64,000 nucleotides of DNA, from contig OZ244048.1 of assembly GCA_965215265.1 (NCBI GenBank), forward strand, positions 4,256,001 through 4,320,000, read 5' to 3'. The translations under genes and the position numbers were made by a program. The DNA comes from Candidatus Poribacteria bacterium. GTDB taxonomy: Bacteria; Poribacteria; WGA-4E; WGA-3G. The notes under the pieces are model-generated. The model saw nothing but the letters and a program-made list of their open reading frames with translations. It was not told where the DNA came from and searched no databases. This document shows, piece by piece, positions 1 to 10,750 of the stretch; within the stretch, counting starts at the first letter, position 1, and each line of letters begins with the position of its first letter.

Positions 1-272
1 CCACATGGCTCTATTGGTTGCTATTTGTCGGTGTCAATTTGGGTGTGATTCTGTTGGTGGTTCAGTTGGGTTTGATGCGTTTTTGGCGGGGGATGGAGTT
101 TGAGGCAGACGCTTATGCGGTGGCCCTGACGCAGCAACCGGCGGTTTTTCTACAGGGGCTGCGGAAACTGATTGAGTTGAATGACGCACCTGAAGACCTT
201 GACACATTTAACGAGATGTTATCCACCCATCCCAATTTTACCGCGCGCGCCGAGGCGATTGAAAACTTGTAG
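1..272 (+). CDS. C-terminal end of an M48-family (HtpX/Ste24-like) metalloprotease, 5' end outside window
   Basis: EFEADAYA and STHP motifs; nucleotides near-identical to 3927-4198 and to the end of the 5179-6993 paralog. Confidence 0.85.
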   Translation, partial: TWLYWLLFVGVNLGVILLVVQLGLMRFWRGMEFEADAYAVALTQQPAVFLQGLRKLIELNDAPEDLDTFNEMLSTHPNFTARAEAIENL

Positions 273-399
273 TGCCGAGCGGCTGTCCGATGGTAGACGC
301 GTTTTTCATAGAGAGAAGCGATCTATTTTAGTATCGTTTTTCCGGGAATGTTAATATCAGACCGCTCGCCAGACAGCCACCGAAAGGGAAATAAGCACG

Positions 400-490
400 C
401 ATAGTCGCGAACATCATAACGCTCTGTCGCCTATTGTTAACCTTTCTCGTTGTGATTCTATTTCGACTCCAGCGTATACTTGACATCGCC
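400..490 (+). pseudogene. Truncated duplicate of the 5' end of the CDP-alcohol phosphatidyltransferase gene
   Basis: Near-identical to 4350-4440, but ATG is changed to ATA and homology stops after ...TGACATCGCC. Confidence 0.75.
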
Positions 491-621
491 AAGGAGACAA
501 TACTTCGCAAAAAAAGTTAAGCTGAGCGAAGAATGTTTCTACAAAGAATAAAGGAACCTTCGCACTTTCGCGCAGAGAGTCTCTCAAGTCTACAATCGAG
601 GCGTAAATAAATTCCCTATAA

Positions 622-951
622 CTAAACAGCAACCACCCGCCGCTGTCCTTCTCTATCTTCTGAAGGAATAATGTGAATCTCAATATCGCGATGTAACCGA
701 TTAAGAAACGTCATCAACCGCTCGACACTGTAGTAAGAAAGCTTGGCGGCTTTAAGGCGAGAAACTTCAGGCTGTTTAACGCCAAGTAACTTCGCCGCCT
801 CTACCTGAGTTAACTTGCGTTCCTTCAGAACGCGGAAAATCTCCGCCCCCAACTGCGCTTTTAGCAGTTCTGCCGCTGCAACTTCATCAGAAAACCCCAA
901 ATCCTTGAAAATATTCTCGCTGCCTTCTTCAATCTTAATTTTATTGCTCAT
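622..951 (-). CDS. XRE-family HTH antitoxin (HigA-like)
   Basis: 'GSENIFKDLGF' N-terminus and HTH 'LTQVEAAKLLGVKQPEVSRL'; start overlaps the toxin stop codon. Confidence 0.85.
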   Translation of the reverse strand: MSNKIKIEEGSENIFKDLGFSDEVAAAELLKAQLGAEIFRVLKERKLTQVEAAKLLGVKQPEVSRLKAAKLSYYSVERLMTFLNRLHRDIEIHIIPSEDREGQRRVVAV

Positions 952-1310
952 AACCCTTTCTCCATCTCCTTAGCTCGTCTTAATCTTCGTTTAATCAAGT
1001 CGAGCTCCTTCTTCGGTGTGCTAAGCCTTCTCTTTGATTTCTTTTGAAAACAATGCAGTACATACATGCTTAGACCAATCTTAACCGTATAAACCGCTCG
1101 ATAAGTATCTGTGTTATAGTTATCAACAATCTCAAATACGCCGGATTCTATATCTTTCATCGGTTTTGCCGATGGCGGAGTTTCACCTATCTGCACACGA
1201 TACAGTGCATGCCCAATATCCTTACGCACCGGCTCTGGAAAAGCCTGTAACCGTTCTCTTGAATCACCAACCCATCGAACGTTTCTAGGTGTTGTTATTT
1301 CTTGAGCCAT
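948..1310 (-). CDS. RelE/HigB-like toxin (phage Gp49/DUF891 type)
   Basis: 'GVFEIV..DTYRAVY..MYVLHCFQKKS..TPKKELDLIKRRL' signature; toxin lies upstream of the antitoxin. Confidence 0.85.
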   Translation of the reverse strand: MAQEITTPRNVRWVGDSRERLQAFPEPVRKDIGHALYRVQIGETPPSAKPMKDIESGVFEIVDNYNTDTYRAVYTVKIGLSMYVLHCFQKKSKRRLSTPKKELDLIKRRLRRAKEMEKGL

Positions 1311-1513
1311 ATCCTATTATAACTAATTATCTATATTTTCGCAAGTCCAGAGTCATAATTACTGCTTGCTATAGTATACATTCTGCGTGCGTTCAACCGG
1401 ACGCTCGCACGCGAAAATTACACTGTGTATTTTGATAGACACCGCTTCCCTTATGAGTCTATGGGATGGATTCCACGTGAGTAAGGACTTAGTGATTTCC
1501 GAGGATATCCTTG

Positions 1514-1765
1514 TCGGTATTTCTGACGGATTACCTGCTTGAACATCTGACACTGGAGGAGATTGAAACTATTTTTGCTCATGAGTTGGGGCATATCAAA
1601 CATCGGCATCTGCTGAAGCAGGCCCGGCAACCGGCGGTTTTTCTACAAGCATTGCGGAAACTGATTCAGTTGAATGACGGGCCCGAAGACCTTGACACAT
1701 TTAACGAGATGTTATCCACCCATCCCAATTTTACCGTGCGCGCCGAGGCGATTGAAAGATTGTAG
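1514..1765 (+). pseudogene. Internally deleted M48 protease 3' fragment
   Basis: Keeps HELGH, but LLKQ is joined almost directly to QPAVF, deleting ~220 bp relative to the full paralogs; no 5' part. Confidence 0.8.
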
Positions 1766-1829
1766 TGCAGACGGAGTGTCCTATGGTAAACGCTTTTCTG
1801 GTACGAAGAATCAATTGACAATTATTCTC

Positions 1830-2366
1830 TTGAATGGTATCGTTCACATTTTAAACACGCAATCTATTTATGGGCAGCTAGAGTTATCTGAGGTGCCTCG
1901 TAACATTCAGATTGCAATTTCAGTTCTCGGTGGTTTTTCTATTATCGCCGGGGCATTTATCAGTTGGTTGCTAATAAGCGTTGTCCTCTTCTTCTGGTGT
2001 GAGTTATTTTACGATGTTGAAGGAAGTTTCCGAAATTTCTTTGAACTTGTAGGTATCTGCCATCTCGTGTTGTTAGTCGGAACGTTAGGTTGCTCCTTTT
2101 TCATCATTTTCGGTTTACCTGCTGATTTCACGATGGTTGAATCCAACGCCACAGATTCACAAGAAATGTTAGACACAATTACTGAAACATTGTCACCGCT
2201 GAGACTTATCGGTGCAGTTGGCAATATATGCTTCGGGTTCATCATCGTAATAGTGATTCGCGGGTTCTTTGAAATCACGTGGCTCAAAGCATTTTGCAGT
2301 GTGGTGATTCCTTATGTTATTTATTGGCTGATGAGCAAAGGTCTGAAAGCTGTTTTTTCGTTTTAA
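1830..2366 (+). CDS. Yip1-like multi-pass membrane protein, probably 5'-truncated
   Basis: Several hydrophobic helices in the ORF 1674-2366 frame; its first ~50 codons are only an alternative frame of the M48 fragment and trailer. Confidence 0.5.
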   Translation: MNGIVHILNTQSIYGQLELSEVPRNIQIAISVLGGFSIIAGAFISWLLISVVLFFWCELFYDVEGSFRNFFELVGICHLVLLVGTLGCSFFIIFGLPADFTMVESNATDSQEMLDTITETLSPLRLIGAVGNICFGFIIVIVIRGFFEITWLKAFCSVVIPYVIYWLMSKGLKAVFSF

Positions 2367-2431
2367 TCTATTTACACGTCAAATCCGCATGCTAAAACGT
2401 GAGGGCACATCAGCGAGGAGAAAGGCACGAC

Positions 2432-4198
2432 ATGAAAATAATCTCGTTTTTCTGTATAGGGTTTTTCCTTTTCCTGGGTAACAATTCCATAAGTCAGGAG
2501 TCGTCCGAGACTGGAACTTCCGTTCATCTGATGTTCAGAGTGCTCGGTTGGCAGCCAAACGAGGCGATTGGGATAAAATATCCAGCAAACGTTTCCAAGG
2601 AACAGATACAAGCCGACATGGCAGCTTTAGCACAGGCATACGGTTGGACGTATGCTGAAAAATCCCTTGAAATAAGGTATAAAAATGGGAGGAAGGTTGC
2701 TTGGCAAGAAGGGGCACTTTCAGAAAAACAGCGTCTTGCTAGGAACTTTGTGCTAAACTTGCAAGTCTTGCATGAGCAGTTTCACAACGCTGATAGCATT
2801 GTTATTGATATCATAGGTCAAAACGGATTCGTCTATCAGGATTCTTTTGCAGCTGTCGAGGTTGCAAACAACAATATTAATATGAATGAGCAGAAGTGGC
2901 ATCGCCAGTTTGGTTTCCGTAAAATCTGGTCGGGCGAGCTCAGTTTCGTTGGGCTGTCAACTTACCGAATTCGGTACATGCTTCATCCCGTGCAGTTCTC
3001 AGGCAATATGAATTTGCCCGTGCTCAAAGCCAATTTCTCATTTTCCAAAGTATGGTTTTTAAAGGTGGTTCCACTCCTGCTTTTTTTAATAGTAGTGCCA
3101 AGTGTAACGGTGCATCTGTTGTTAAAGCGGGACGTACGTTTCAACGAACGCGGTAAAATTATACTCAAACCGCTCCAATTGCTAATCATTTACATTGAAC
3201 TTCATATTATTATAAGTTCGGTGTTCTATCTAGGTTATATATATCTATGTATAGCAGTAACACAAAGTGTATTTTTGGGCTTTCTATTGAGTGTGGTTCC
3301 GGTTAGTGTAACTTGCCTTCTAATTTTCCTCCGTGTTCTTCACCATCACGAAAAAGCCTCACGTGGCACCACTTGGAGTTTTCGTGAAAACGTCCTTACC
3401 AATCTGCGGATGATGGTTTTGGGTGCCCCCGCACTGCTACTTCCGTTCTGCTTCTTTGCGACACAGAAAGCCTTCCCACACTTACCATTTTTTGTCTTCG
3501 GGCTCCTCCTTTTAGCACAATACGCACTATTGACGGCACTTTTCGCCTGTGTGATACCTTTTGCCTTAGGTTGGGTCTGGAAAGGAAAACCTTTAGAAGA
3601 CAGCACACTTCGGCAACGCCTACATCAACTCGCAGATAAGGCAGGCGTAGCTTATAGAGACATCATCTTACTGCGAACTCAAAGCAGTAAGTTAGCCAAT
3701 GCCTGGGTTGCAGGTATCCTCCCGCAGTGGCGTTCGGTATTTCTGACGGATTACCTGCTTGAGCATCTGACATTGGAGGAGATTGAAACTATTTTTGCTC
3801 ATGAGTTGGGACATATCAAACATCGGCATCTGCTGAAGCAGGTGGCGTGGATAGTTCTCGGGTTCGGGGGGCAATCACTCCTTATACACTTGAGCCTTTT
3901 ACTCTTTGACTCATTGCCCACGTTACCGCCATGGCTCTATTGGTTGTTATTTGTCGGTGTCAATTTGGGTGCGATTCTGTTGGTGGTTCAGTTGGGTTTG
4001 ATGCGTTTTTGGCGGGGGATGGAGTTTGAGGCAGACGCTTATGCGGTGGCCCTGACGCAGCAACCGGCGGTTTTTCTACAGGCGCTGCGGAAACTGATTG
4101 AGTTGAATGATGCACCTGAAGACCTTGACACATTTAACGAGATGTTATCCACCCATCCCAATTTTACCGCGCGCGCCGAGGCGATTGAAAACTTGTAG
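2432..4198 (+). CDS. M48-family zinc metalloprotease with N-terminal signal peptide/ectodomain and multiple TM helices
   Basis: ANAW, FAHELGH (HExxH), EFEAD and STHP motifs; start MKIISFF followed by a hydrophobic signal. Confidence 0.88.
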   Translation: MKIISFFCIGFFLFLGNNSISQESSETGTSVHLMFRVLGWQPNEAIGIKYPANVSKEQIQADMAALAQAYGWTYAEKSLEIRYKNGRKVAWQEGALSEKQRLARNFVLNLQVLHEQFHNADSIVIDIIGQNGFVYQDSFAAVEVANNNINMNEQKWHRQFGFRKIWSGELSFVGLSTYRIRYMLHPVQFSGNMNLPVLKANFSFSKVWFLKVVPLLLFLIVVPSVTVHLLLKRDVRFNERGKIILKPLQLLIIYIELHIIISSVFYLGYIYLCIAVTQSVFLGFLLSVVPVSVTCLLIFLRVLHHHEKASRGTTWSFRENVLTNLRMMVLGAPALLLPFCFFATQKAFPHLPFFVFGLLLLAQYALLTALFACVIPFALGWVWKGKPLEDSTLRQRLHQLADKAGVAYRDIILLRTQSSKLANAWVAGILPQWRSVFLTDYLLEHLTLEEIETIFAHELGHIKHRHLLKQVAWIVLGFGGQSLLIHLSLLLFDSLPTLPPWLYWLLFVGVNLGAILLVVQLGLMRFWRGMEFEADAYAVALTQQPAVFLQALRKLIELNDAPEDLDTFNEMLSTHPNFTARAEAIENL

Positions 4199-4350
4199 TG
4201 CCGAGCGGCTGTCCGATGGTAGACGCGTTTTTCATAGAGAGAAGCGATCTATTTTAGTATCGTTTTTCCGGGAATGTTAATATCAGACCGATTGCCAGAC
4301 AGCCGCCGACATTGAAATACATTGCCCCAGAATTAAGGAAATAAGCACGC

Positions 4351-4929
4351 ATGGTCGCGAACATCATAACGCTCTGTCGCCTATTGTTAACCTTTCTCGT
4401 TGTGATTCTATTTCGACTCCATCGTATACTTGACATCGCCCTAATTTTCACAATCACCGGTATCTTCATACTTGATGCCCTGGACGGCTACATCGCCCGA
4501 AAACGCCACGAAACTTCTCAACTGGGTGAGATCCTTGATACTGTATCCGACAGAATTATTGAAAACACGTTCTGGATTTATTTCGCTGTGGTAGGCGATA
4601 TTCCACTCTGGATGCCACTCGTAGTCATGGCACGCGGTTTTATCACTGATGCCTCGCAACACCTGTCTGGATACCCGCAAAGCGGGTGGAGATCCGCCCT
4701 CACCCGCTCACGTATCAGTCGTGCCCTATCTGGCATGACCAAGATGCTCGCTTTTACCGGTCTCGCCAGCGTTCCTGTTTTCAATAACGACACCCTCGAA
4801 ACCGTCAGCTTCATCCTCGCCACGTTTGCTGTTGGCTTTTGTCTGCTTCGTGGGCTCCCTTTCTTCTTCATCAGTAAACCGCTATGTCAACCAAACACCT
4901 CAAAGACATCGCGTTCTTCTGCGATGTGA
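4351..4929 (+). CDS. CDP-alcohol phosphatidyltransferase family protein
   Basis: DALDGYIAR...GEILDTVSDR matches DxxDGxxAR..GxxxDxxxD. Confidence 0.88.
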   Translation: MVANIITLCRLLLTFLVVILFRLHRILDIALIFTITGIFILDALDGYIARKRHETSQLGEILDTVSDRIIENTFWIYFAVVGDIPLWMPLVVMARGFITDASQHLSGYPQSGWRSALTRSRISRALSGMTKMLAFTGLASVPVFNNDTLETVSFILATFAVGFCLLRGLPFFFISKPLCQPNTSKTSRSSAM

Positions 4930-5178
4930 ACGCTTGAGTGTCTCATCTACGTAGGGGTTGTTCTTCTTTGCGCTATCCTATCCGATCAACGGTATTGTTT
5001 GCATTTTATAGTTAACCTAAAAATATCTTGACATTTGCTTTGACTTGTGTTAGGTTCATTGTATTATGAGATATTCAATAGATTTACGAAAACGCGTCCT
5101 GGATTTTATTCATAACAGAGGCTAAGTGGCACGCTGCAGTCCATTTTTCAATTTCATTAGCCAGTGGAGGTTCACAAT

Positions 5179-6993
5179 ATGAAGAAAATATTATACTTTT
5201 GTCTCTGTTTTCTGTTTTTTTTCAGCAACAATGCTTTGAGTCAGGAGTCGCCCGATACTAGAGAATCAATACATCTAACTTTTAAAGTCCTAGGTTGGCA
5301 GCCTAAAGATACCGTTGGTATTAAATATCCGGGTCGCGTTTCCAAGGAGCGGATACAAGGAGATCTGAGTGCCTTAGCACAAGCACACGGCTGGAGGTAT
5401 TTTGAAAACGCCTTAGAGATTGCATATGAAAAGGGCAATAAAGTGGCGTGGCAAGGTGGAGTTCTTTCAGAAAAACAGCATCTTGCTGCGCACTTTACAC
5501 TCAACTTTCAAAAGCTGCGAGAGCAGTTTCAAGATGCTGAGAGTATTATTATTGATATCATCGGTAAAAACGGATTTACCTATCAAGGGACCTTCTCATT
5601 TTACGCTGATATAAATAAAAACACTAATTTGCTAGCTCGGAACTGGCAAGAACAATTCTCCTTCCATAAGAGTTGGATAGGCATCTCAAATTACCGAATT
5701 CGCTATATCCTTCACCCCATGCATCACCCAGAATCCTTGACTTTTCCAATGCTCAGAGCTACAGCATCCTTCTCCAAAACCTGGATGTTAAAGACGATAC
5801 CGTTCTTGATTTTTCTAACGTTTATACCGAGCACAATCCTTTATCTATTTATTCAACAAGGAGTGTCTCAAAATGAAACAGGAAAAATTAGATTATCTCC
5901 TGCCAAATCAATCATAATCAATATGCTATTTCCTTTAATGGTATGGGTGGTAACAGTTATCGGATGTGCAGATGTACTCACTACGCTGACACAAAACAGA
6001 ATTTTAGGTGGAATATTGGGAATTGCAACGGTACCTATTCTATCCTACGTGATTTTTCTATTTGTCTTGCATAGGTATGAAAAAAATGAACGCAATACTA
6101 CGTGGAGTTTCCAAGAAAATTTTCTGACGAACCTACGTATGATAATTCTCGGGGCCCCTACACTGTTATTGCCTTTCTGCTACTTCGGCACACAAAAAAT
6201 CTTTCCCCAACTCCCATTCCTTCTGTTCCTTGTTCTCCTTTTAGGTCAGTATGCACTATTGACAGCACTCTTTGGCTGTGTGATACCGTTCGTTATGAGT
6301 TGGATTTGGAAAGGAAGCCCTTTAGAAGACGGCGCACTTCGGCAACGTCTACAGCAACTCGCACACAACGCAGGCGTAGTTTATAGAGACATCATCTTAC
6401 TGCGAACTCAAAGCAGTAAGTTAGCCAACGCCTGGGTTGCAGGTATCCTCCCGCAGTGGCGCTCGGTATTTCTAACGGATTACCTGCTTGAGCATCTGAC
6501 ACTGGAGGAGATTGAAACTATTTTTGCTCATGAGTTGGGGCATATCAAACATCGGCATCTGCTGAAGCAGGTGGCGTGGATAGTTCTCGGGTTCGGGGGG
6601 CAATTACTCCTTATACACTTGAGCCTTTTACTCTTTGACTCATTGCCCACGTTACCCGCATGGCTCTATTGGTTGTTATTTGTAGGGGTTAATTTGGGTG
6701 TGATTCTGTTGGTGGTTCAGTTGGGTTTGATGCGTTTTTGGCGGGGGATGGAGTTTGAGGCAGACGCTTATGCGGTGGCCCTGACGCAGCAACCGGCGGT
6801 TTTTCTACAGGCGCTGCGGAAACTGATTGAGTTGAATGACGCACCTGAAGACCTTGACACATTTAACGAGATGTTATCTACCCATCCCAATTTTACAGCG
6901 CGCACCGAGGCGATTGAAAACTTGGAGTGCAGGGGGCTGTCCGATGGTAGACGCGTTTCTGGGACGAAGAATCAATTGACAATTATTGATTAA
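5179..6993 (+). CDS. M48-family metalloprotease paralog with extended C-terminus
   Basis: SD GGAGG before ATG 5179; same catalytic motifs; the stop TAG of the other copies is GAG here, giving ~22 extra residues. Confidence 0.88.
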   Translation: MKKILYFCLCFLFFFSNNALSQESPDTRESIHLTFKVLGWQPKDTVGIKYPGRVSKERIQGDLSALAQAHGWRYFENALEIAYEKGNKVAWQGGVLSEKQHLAAHFTLNFQKLREQFQDAESIIIDIIGKNGFTYQGTFSFYADINKNTNLLARNWQEQFSFHKSWIGISNYRIRYILHPMHHPESLTFPMLRATASFSKTWMLKTIPFLIFLTFIPSTILYLFIQQGVSQNETGKIRLSPAKSIIINMLFPLMVWVVTVIGCADVLTTLTQNRILGGILGIATVPILSYVIFLFVLHRYEKNERNTTWSFQENFLTNLRMIILGAPTLLLPFCYFGTQKIFPQLPFLLFLVLLLGQYALLTALFGCVIPFVMSWIWKGSPLEDGALRQRLQQLAHNAGVVYRDIILLRTQSSKLANAWVAGILPQWRSVFLTDYLLEHLTLEEIETIFAHELGHIKHRHLLKQVAWIVLGFGGQLLLIHLSLLLFDSLPTLPAWLYWLLFVGVNLGVILLVVQLGLMRFWRGMEFEADAYAVALTQQPAVFLQALRKLIELNDAPEDLDTFNEMLSTHPNFTARTEAIENLECRGLSDGRRVSGTKNQLTIID

Positions 6994-7074
6994 CACAACC
7001 TAAAGTCGCTCTGGCGAGATTTGTATAGGCGTTATGAAAGCAGCAGCCTTTATGATACTTCAATAGACAAAAAA
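6985..7074. repeat. Dispersed ~92-bp element (copy)
   Basis: GCTCTGGCGAGATTTGT...TAGACAAAA; same 59-nt arm length as the other copies. Confidence 0.65.
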
Positions 7075-7153
7075 AATGTTGAAGGAAAAGGAATTCACCC
7101 TGCTTTGCAGGGAGAACTTCCTAAATCCGAATTTTCTTTGAGGAGGAGAAAAT

Positions 7154-8485
7154 ATGTCCGCACGGCCGAATATTCTTTTTATGATTGCCGATGACCATCG
7201 ATTTGATGCCATCGGGGGCATGGGCGATGCAACGGTGCAAACGCCCATTATGGATTCACTTATGGAACGCGGCACAACGTTCAGGCGAACACATATCATG
7301 GGCTCTCTCGTCGGTGCAGTCTGCATACCAAGCCGAGCCGCTGTACTCACTAGCGCGAATTTGTTTCGAAGCGGGATGCATGAGGTTAACCGTGACCTAG
7401 CCGTGTGGCCAGAAGTCATGCGCGAAGCAGAATATTACACGTTCGCAACCGGCAAATGGCACAACGACAAAAAAAACTTCACTAACAGTTTTGATGGCGG
7501 TGCAAAGATTTTCTTTGGCGGAATGGGAAATCATTTCAAAGTCCCTATTTTCGATTATGATGAAACGGGTAACTATCCGGCTGAGGCGAAATACGTTGGC
7601 GAAAAGTTTTCTACCGAACTTTTTGTCGATGCTGCTGTACAATTCTTGCAGGAATATGACGCAGAAAACCCTTTCCTCCTCTATCTTGCTTTTACTTCTC
7701 CGCATGACCCGCGCACGCCGCCTCCGGAATACGCCGCGATGTATCCACCAGAGAAAATACCGATGCCTGAAAATTTTCTTCCGGAGCATCCTTTTGATAA
7801 CGGTGAAATGCGGATTCGAGACGAAGTGTTGGCACCGTTCCCACGCACACCTGAAATTATTCAGCAACATATTGCTGACTATTACGGTATGATTAGCCAC
7901 ATGGACGCAGAGATCGGCCGCGTGCTGGAAACCCTCGAAGTCACCGGACATCTAGAAAACACAATTATCATCTATACCGCAGACCATGGGCTCGCTGTTG
8001 GGCAACACGGACTCTTAGGAAAACAGAACCTTTATGACCACAGCATTCGCGTTCCATCTATATTCGCCGGCCCAGGTGTCCCCGAAGGCAAGACTGTTGA
8101 TGCGTTAACCTATCTCTATGATGTATTTCCGACTGTTTGCACGCTAACCGATGTGGAGTGCCCAGATACCGTTGAGGGTAGAAACTTAGTACCGCTCATG
8201 GATGGAAGTGCTGAACAGGTACGGGAAACGGTTTTCGCAGCCTATCGCGATATGCAACGCACAATCAGCGACGGACGTTGGAAGCTGATTCGTTATTACA
8301 TTTCCGAAGAAACAGGAGCAGGGACAAACCGCATCCAACTTTTTGACCTCGCCCAAGATCCGTGTGAGACAACAGATCTCTCAACGCAGCCTGAGCACGC
8401 TGACCGGATCCGATCGCTTGCCGCTGATATGCAAATGTGGCAGATAGAGACAAACGATTTCTTAAAAGAGGCACCGGTGTTGTAA
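7154..8485 (+). CDS. Sulfatase (formylglycine-dependent, choline-sulfatase-like)
   Basis: PNILF..ADD, CIPSRA (CxPxR), GKWH, ADHG. Confidence 0.93.
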   Translation: MSARPNILFMIADDHRFDAIGGMGDATVQTPIMDSLMERGTTFRRTHIMGSLVGAVCIPSRAAVLTSANLFRSGMHEVNRDLAVWPEVMREAEYYTFATGKWHNDKKNFTNSFDGGAKIFFGGMGNHFKVPIFDYDETGNYPAEAKYVGEKFSTELFVDAAVQFLQEYDAENPFLLYLAFTSPHDPRTPPPEYAAMYPPEKIPMPENFLPEHPFDNGEMRIRDEVLAPFPRTPEIIQQHIADYYGMISHMDAEIGRVLETLEVTGHLENTIIIYTADHGLAVGQHGLLGKQNLYDHSIRVPSIFAGPGVPEGKTVDALTYLYDVFPTVCTLTDVECPDTVEGRNLVPLMDGSAEQVRETVFAAYRDMQRTISDGRWKLIRYYISEETGAGTNRIQLFDLAQDPCETTDLSTQPEHADRIRSLAADMQMWQIETNDFLKEAPVL

Positions 8486-8515
8486 GGATAAATTTCCTCG
8501 ATTCGCTTGTTGTGC

Positions 8516-9658
8516 TTACAAAAGATCACGCCCGATGGCGATTAATCGTGTTGCTTGCTCCGCTGTATCGGCTATCAACCGTGATGCATCCGCAACCGCG
8601 AGGTCAAGGGACATCGGTTCCTGCACGATACCCAGCATTGCGTCAATACCGTGCTTATAAACCGCTTCCGCACCTTTGGCAATACCGCCTGCAATTGCAA
8701 TGACCGGGGTATTGTACACTTTCGCAACTTTTGCAACACCGACGGGAGTTTTGCCAAACGTAGTCTGAAAATCAAGTTGACCTTCACCGGTGAAAACGAG
8801 CGCAGCACCTTTGATACGTTCTGTGAGTTTTACGGCATCAATCATAATATCAACACCGAGCCGCAACTCAGCATTGAGGAATGCCATGAGTCCTGCACCT
8901 AAACCGCCGGCCGCGCCGGCACCGGGGATGTTATTAAAGGAGTTTCCAAGGGCACCCCCCAAAATTTTATCAAAATGTGTCAAATTTTCATCAAGCGTTT
9001 CAATCATATCCGGGGTTGCCCCTTTTTGAGACCCATAAACGTGCGACGCGCCCTCTGGTCCAGTTAAAGGATTGTTGACATCACATGCTACAACGGTTTC
9101 GGTTTCCGCAATAGCGGGATGTAAATGAGTTATATCTACCGTTGCCAATTCGCTAAGTCCACCGCCGCCGTGCGCTACCGGCTCTCCGGCTGTATTCAGC
9201 AATCTTACACCGAGCGCCTCTGCCATGCCAGCCCCGCCATCGTTTGTTGCGCTGCCACCAATACCGATGATAAGCCGGCGGCAGCCAGCATCCAAAGCTG
9301 CATGGATGAGTTGACCTGTGCCGTACGTTGTGGTGAGGAGCGGATTCCGTTTCTCGCGCGGCACGAGCGGAAGACCTGAAGCGGTTGCCATTTCAATAAC
9401 TGCAGTGTGCTTATCCGAAAGGATGCCAAATCGCGCATCGACTTCGTTACCGAGTGGGGCAATCACACGCTCTCTCCGAATGGTGCCACCCATCGCGTCA
9501 ACGAGGGATTGCGCAGTGCCTTCGCCACCATCTGCCATTGGCACTTTCTCAATCACTGCCGATGGAAAGACGCGGCGGATTCCTTGTTCAATCGCACTTG
9601 CCGCTTGCAGTGCACTAACGCTTCCTTTGAATGAATCAGGGGCGACTACAATTTTCAT
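8516..9658 (-). CDS. glxK: Glycerate kinase (GlxK/GarK family)
   Basis: MKIVVAPDSFKGS, PMADGGEGT, GGSATNDGG, GAGAAGGLG, TGEG. Confidence 0.92.
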   Translation of the reverse strand: MKIVVAPDSFKGSVSALQAASAIEQGIRRVFPSAVIEKVPMADGGEGTAQSLVDAMGGTIRRERVIAPLGNEVDARFGILSDKHTAVIEMATASGLPLVPREKRNPLLTTTYGTGQLIHAALDAGCRRLIIGIGGSATNDGGAGMAEALGVRLLNTAGEPVAHGGGGLSELATVDITHLHPAIAETETVVACDVNNPLTGPEGASHVYGSQKGATPDMIETLDENLTHFDKILGGALGNSFNNIPGAGAAGGLGAGLMAFLNAELRLGVDIMIDAVKLTERIKGAALVFTGEGQLDFQTTFGKTPVGVAKVAKVYNTPVIAIAGGIAKGAEAVYKHGIDAMLGIVQEPMSLDLAVADASRLIADTAEQATRLIAIGRDLL

Positions 9659-9882
9659 GTTGATTGTATCATGCTTTCCGAACGCAGTTTATCATCAAAC
9701 TGCCTTCCTGGCAAACCTTGAACGTTTCTTGACTAACACGCTAATAACAATTTATCACGAGCATTGCAATTTTTCAAGTTTTTTTCAATGCACTTCTATC
9801 TTAATGCAGCCTATGAGGGCAGCAAAAACGGATACGTTCCTAGCTACAGATCTAAACTATAATTTCAAAAAAGGAGTCACAC

Positions 9883-10745
9883 ATGAATTGGGAATTGGAA
9901 ACAGCTGTCTCTGATGAACAAGTTGAATTTTACAGAGAAAATGGATACCTCAAATTCGGTAGAATTTTTACCAAACCCGAAGTCGATTTTTCGTCTAGTG
10001 CAGCCCAATAAAGGTTTATGCTATGTTAAAGCCCTTACAAATCTCGTCAGAGCCGTCTTAGGTTTAGAATCTAAACATCTTTGAACTTCGAGAGTATGTC
10101 GATGAAATGATTGCGAATTTGCCGGACGGAAAACGACCGGAACAGATGGATGTCCCGCACTTTGAGCACCCTTTCCTCTTCAAATATCTTACCCATCCAC
10201 GTGTCCTAAAGGTAATAGAACGGTTTATCGGACCGGATATCGTGCTCTGGTCTAGTCACTTCATTAGCAAGCGCGAAGGAGATGGCATGGAAGTTCCGTG
10301 GCATCAGGACGGTGTCTATTGGGGAAAAATGCTTGAACCGATGAACGTCATCACTATGTGGTTGGCCGTAGATGAATCCACGCTCGAAAATGGATGTATG
10401 CGCGTCATCCCCAAAAGTCACCAATTACGGAACCGCCGGTATGAATCCGTGAATAGGAAAAATAACCTCTTTGGAAGCGAAATTATTCATGAAGACATGG
10501 CCGCATCCCAAGCGGTTGACTTGGAATTGCAAGTCGGCGAGTCTCATTTTCATGATGCCTGGACAATTCACAACTCTTCTGCTAATACGTCACAGAAACG
10601 GCGATGCGGTTACACAATGCGTTACATGCCAGCCGATGTCCGGTACCCAGGAGCAGAATGGCGACGCACACACTACATCTATCTCTTGCAAGGCGAAGAT
10701 CGAACGGATGGGTTTAATACCTACGCGCCCGTGCCAGTTTCATAA
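9883..10745 (+). pseudogene. Phytanoyl-CoA dioxygenase (PhyH) family gene interrupted by a ~95-bp insertion
   Basis: SD AAGGAG and ATG 9883 give MNWE..EQVEFYRENGYL..KPEVD, then insert 9988-10082 with a stop, then ELREYVDEMIAN..WHQD..NGCMRVIP in another frame. Confidence 0.85.
9988..10079. mobile_element. Dispersed ~92-bp element inserted in the PhyH gene
   Basis: TTTTCGTCTA...TACAAATCTCGTCAGAGCCGT..GAATCTAAACATC; homologous to 24745-24835. Confidence 0.75.
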
Positions 10746-10750
10746 CCGGC

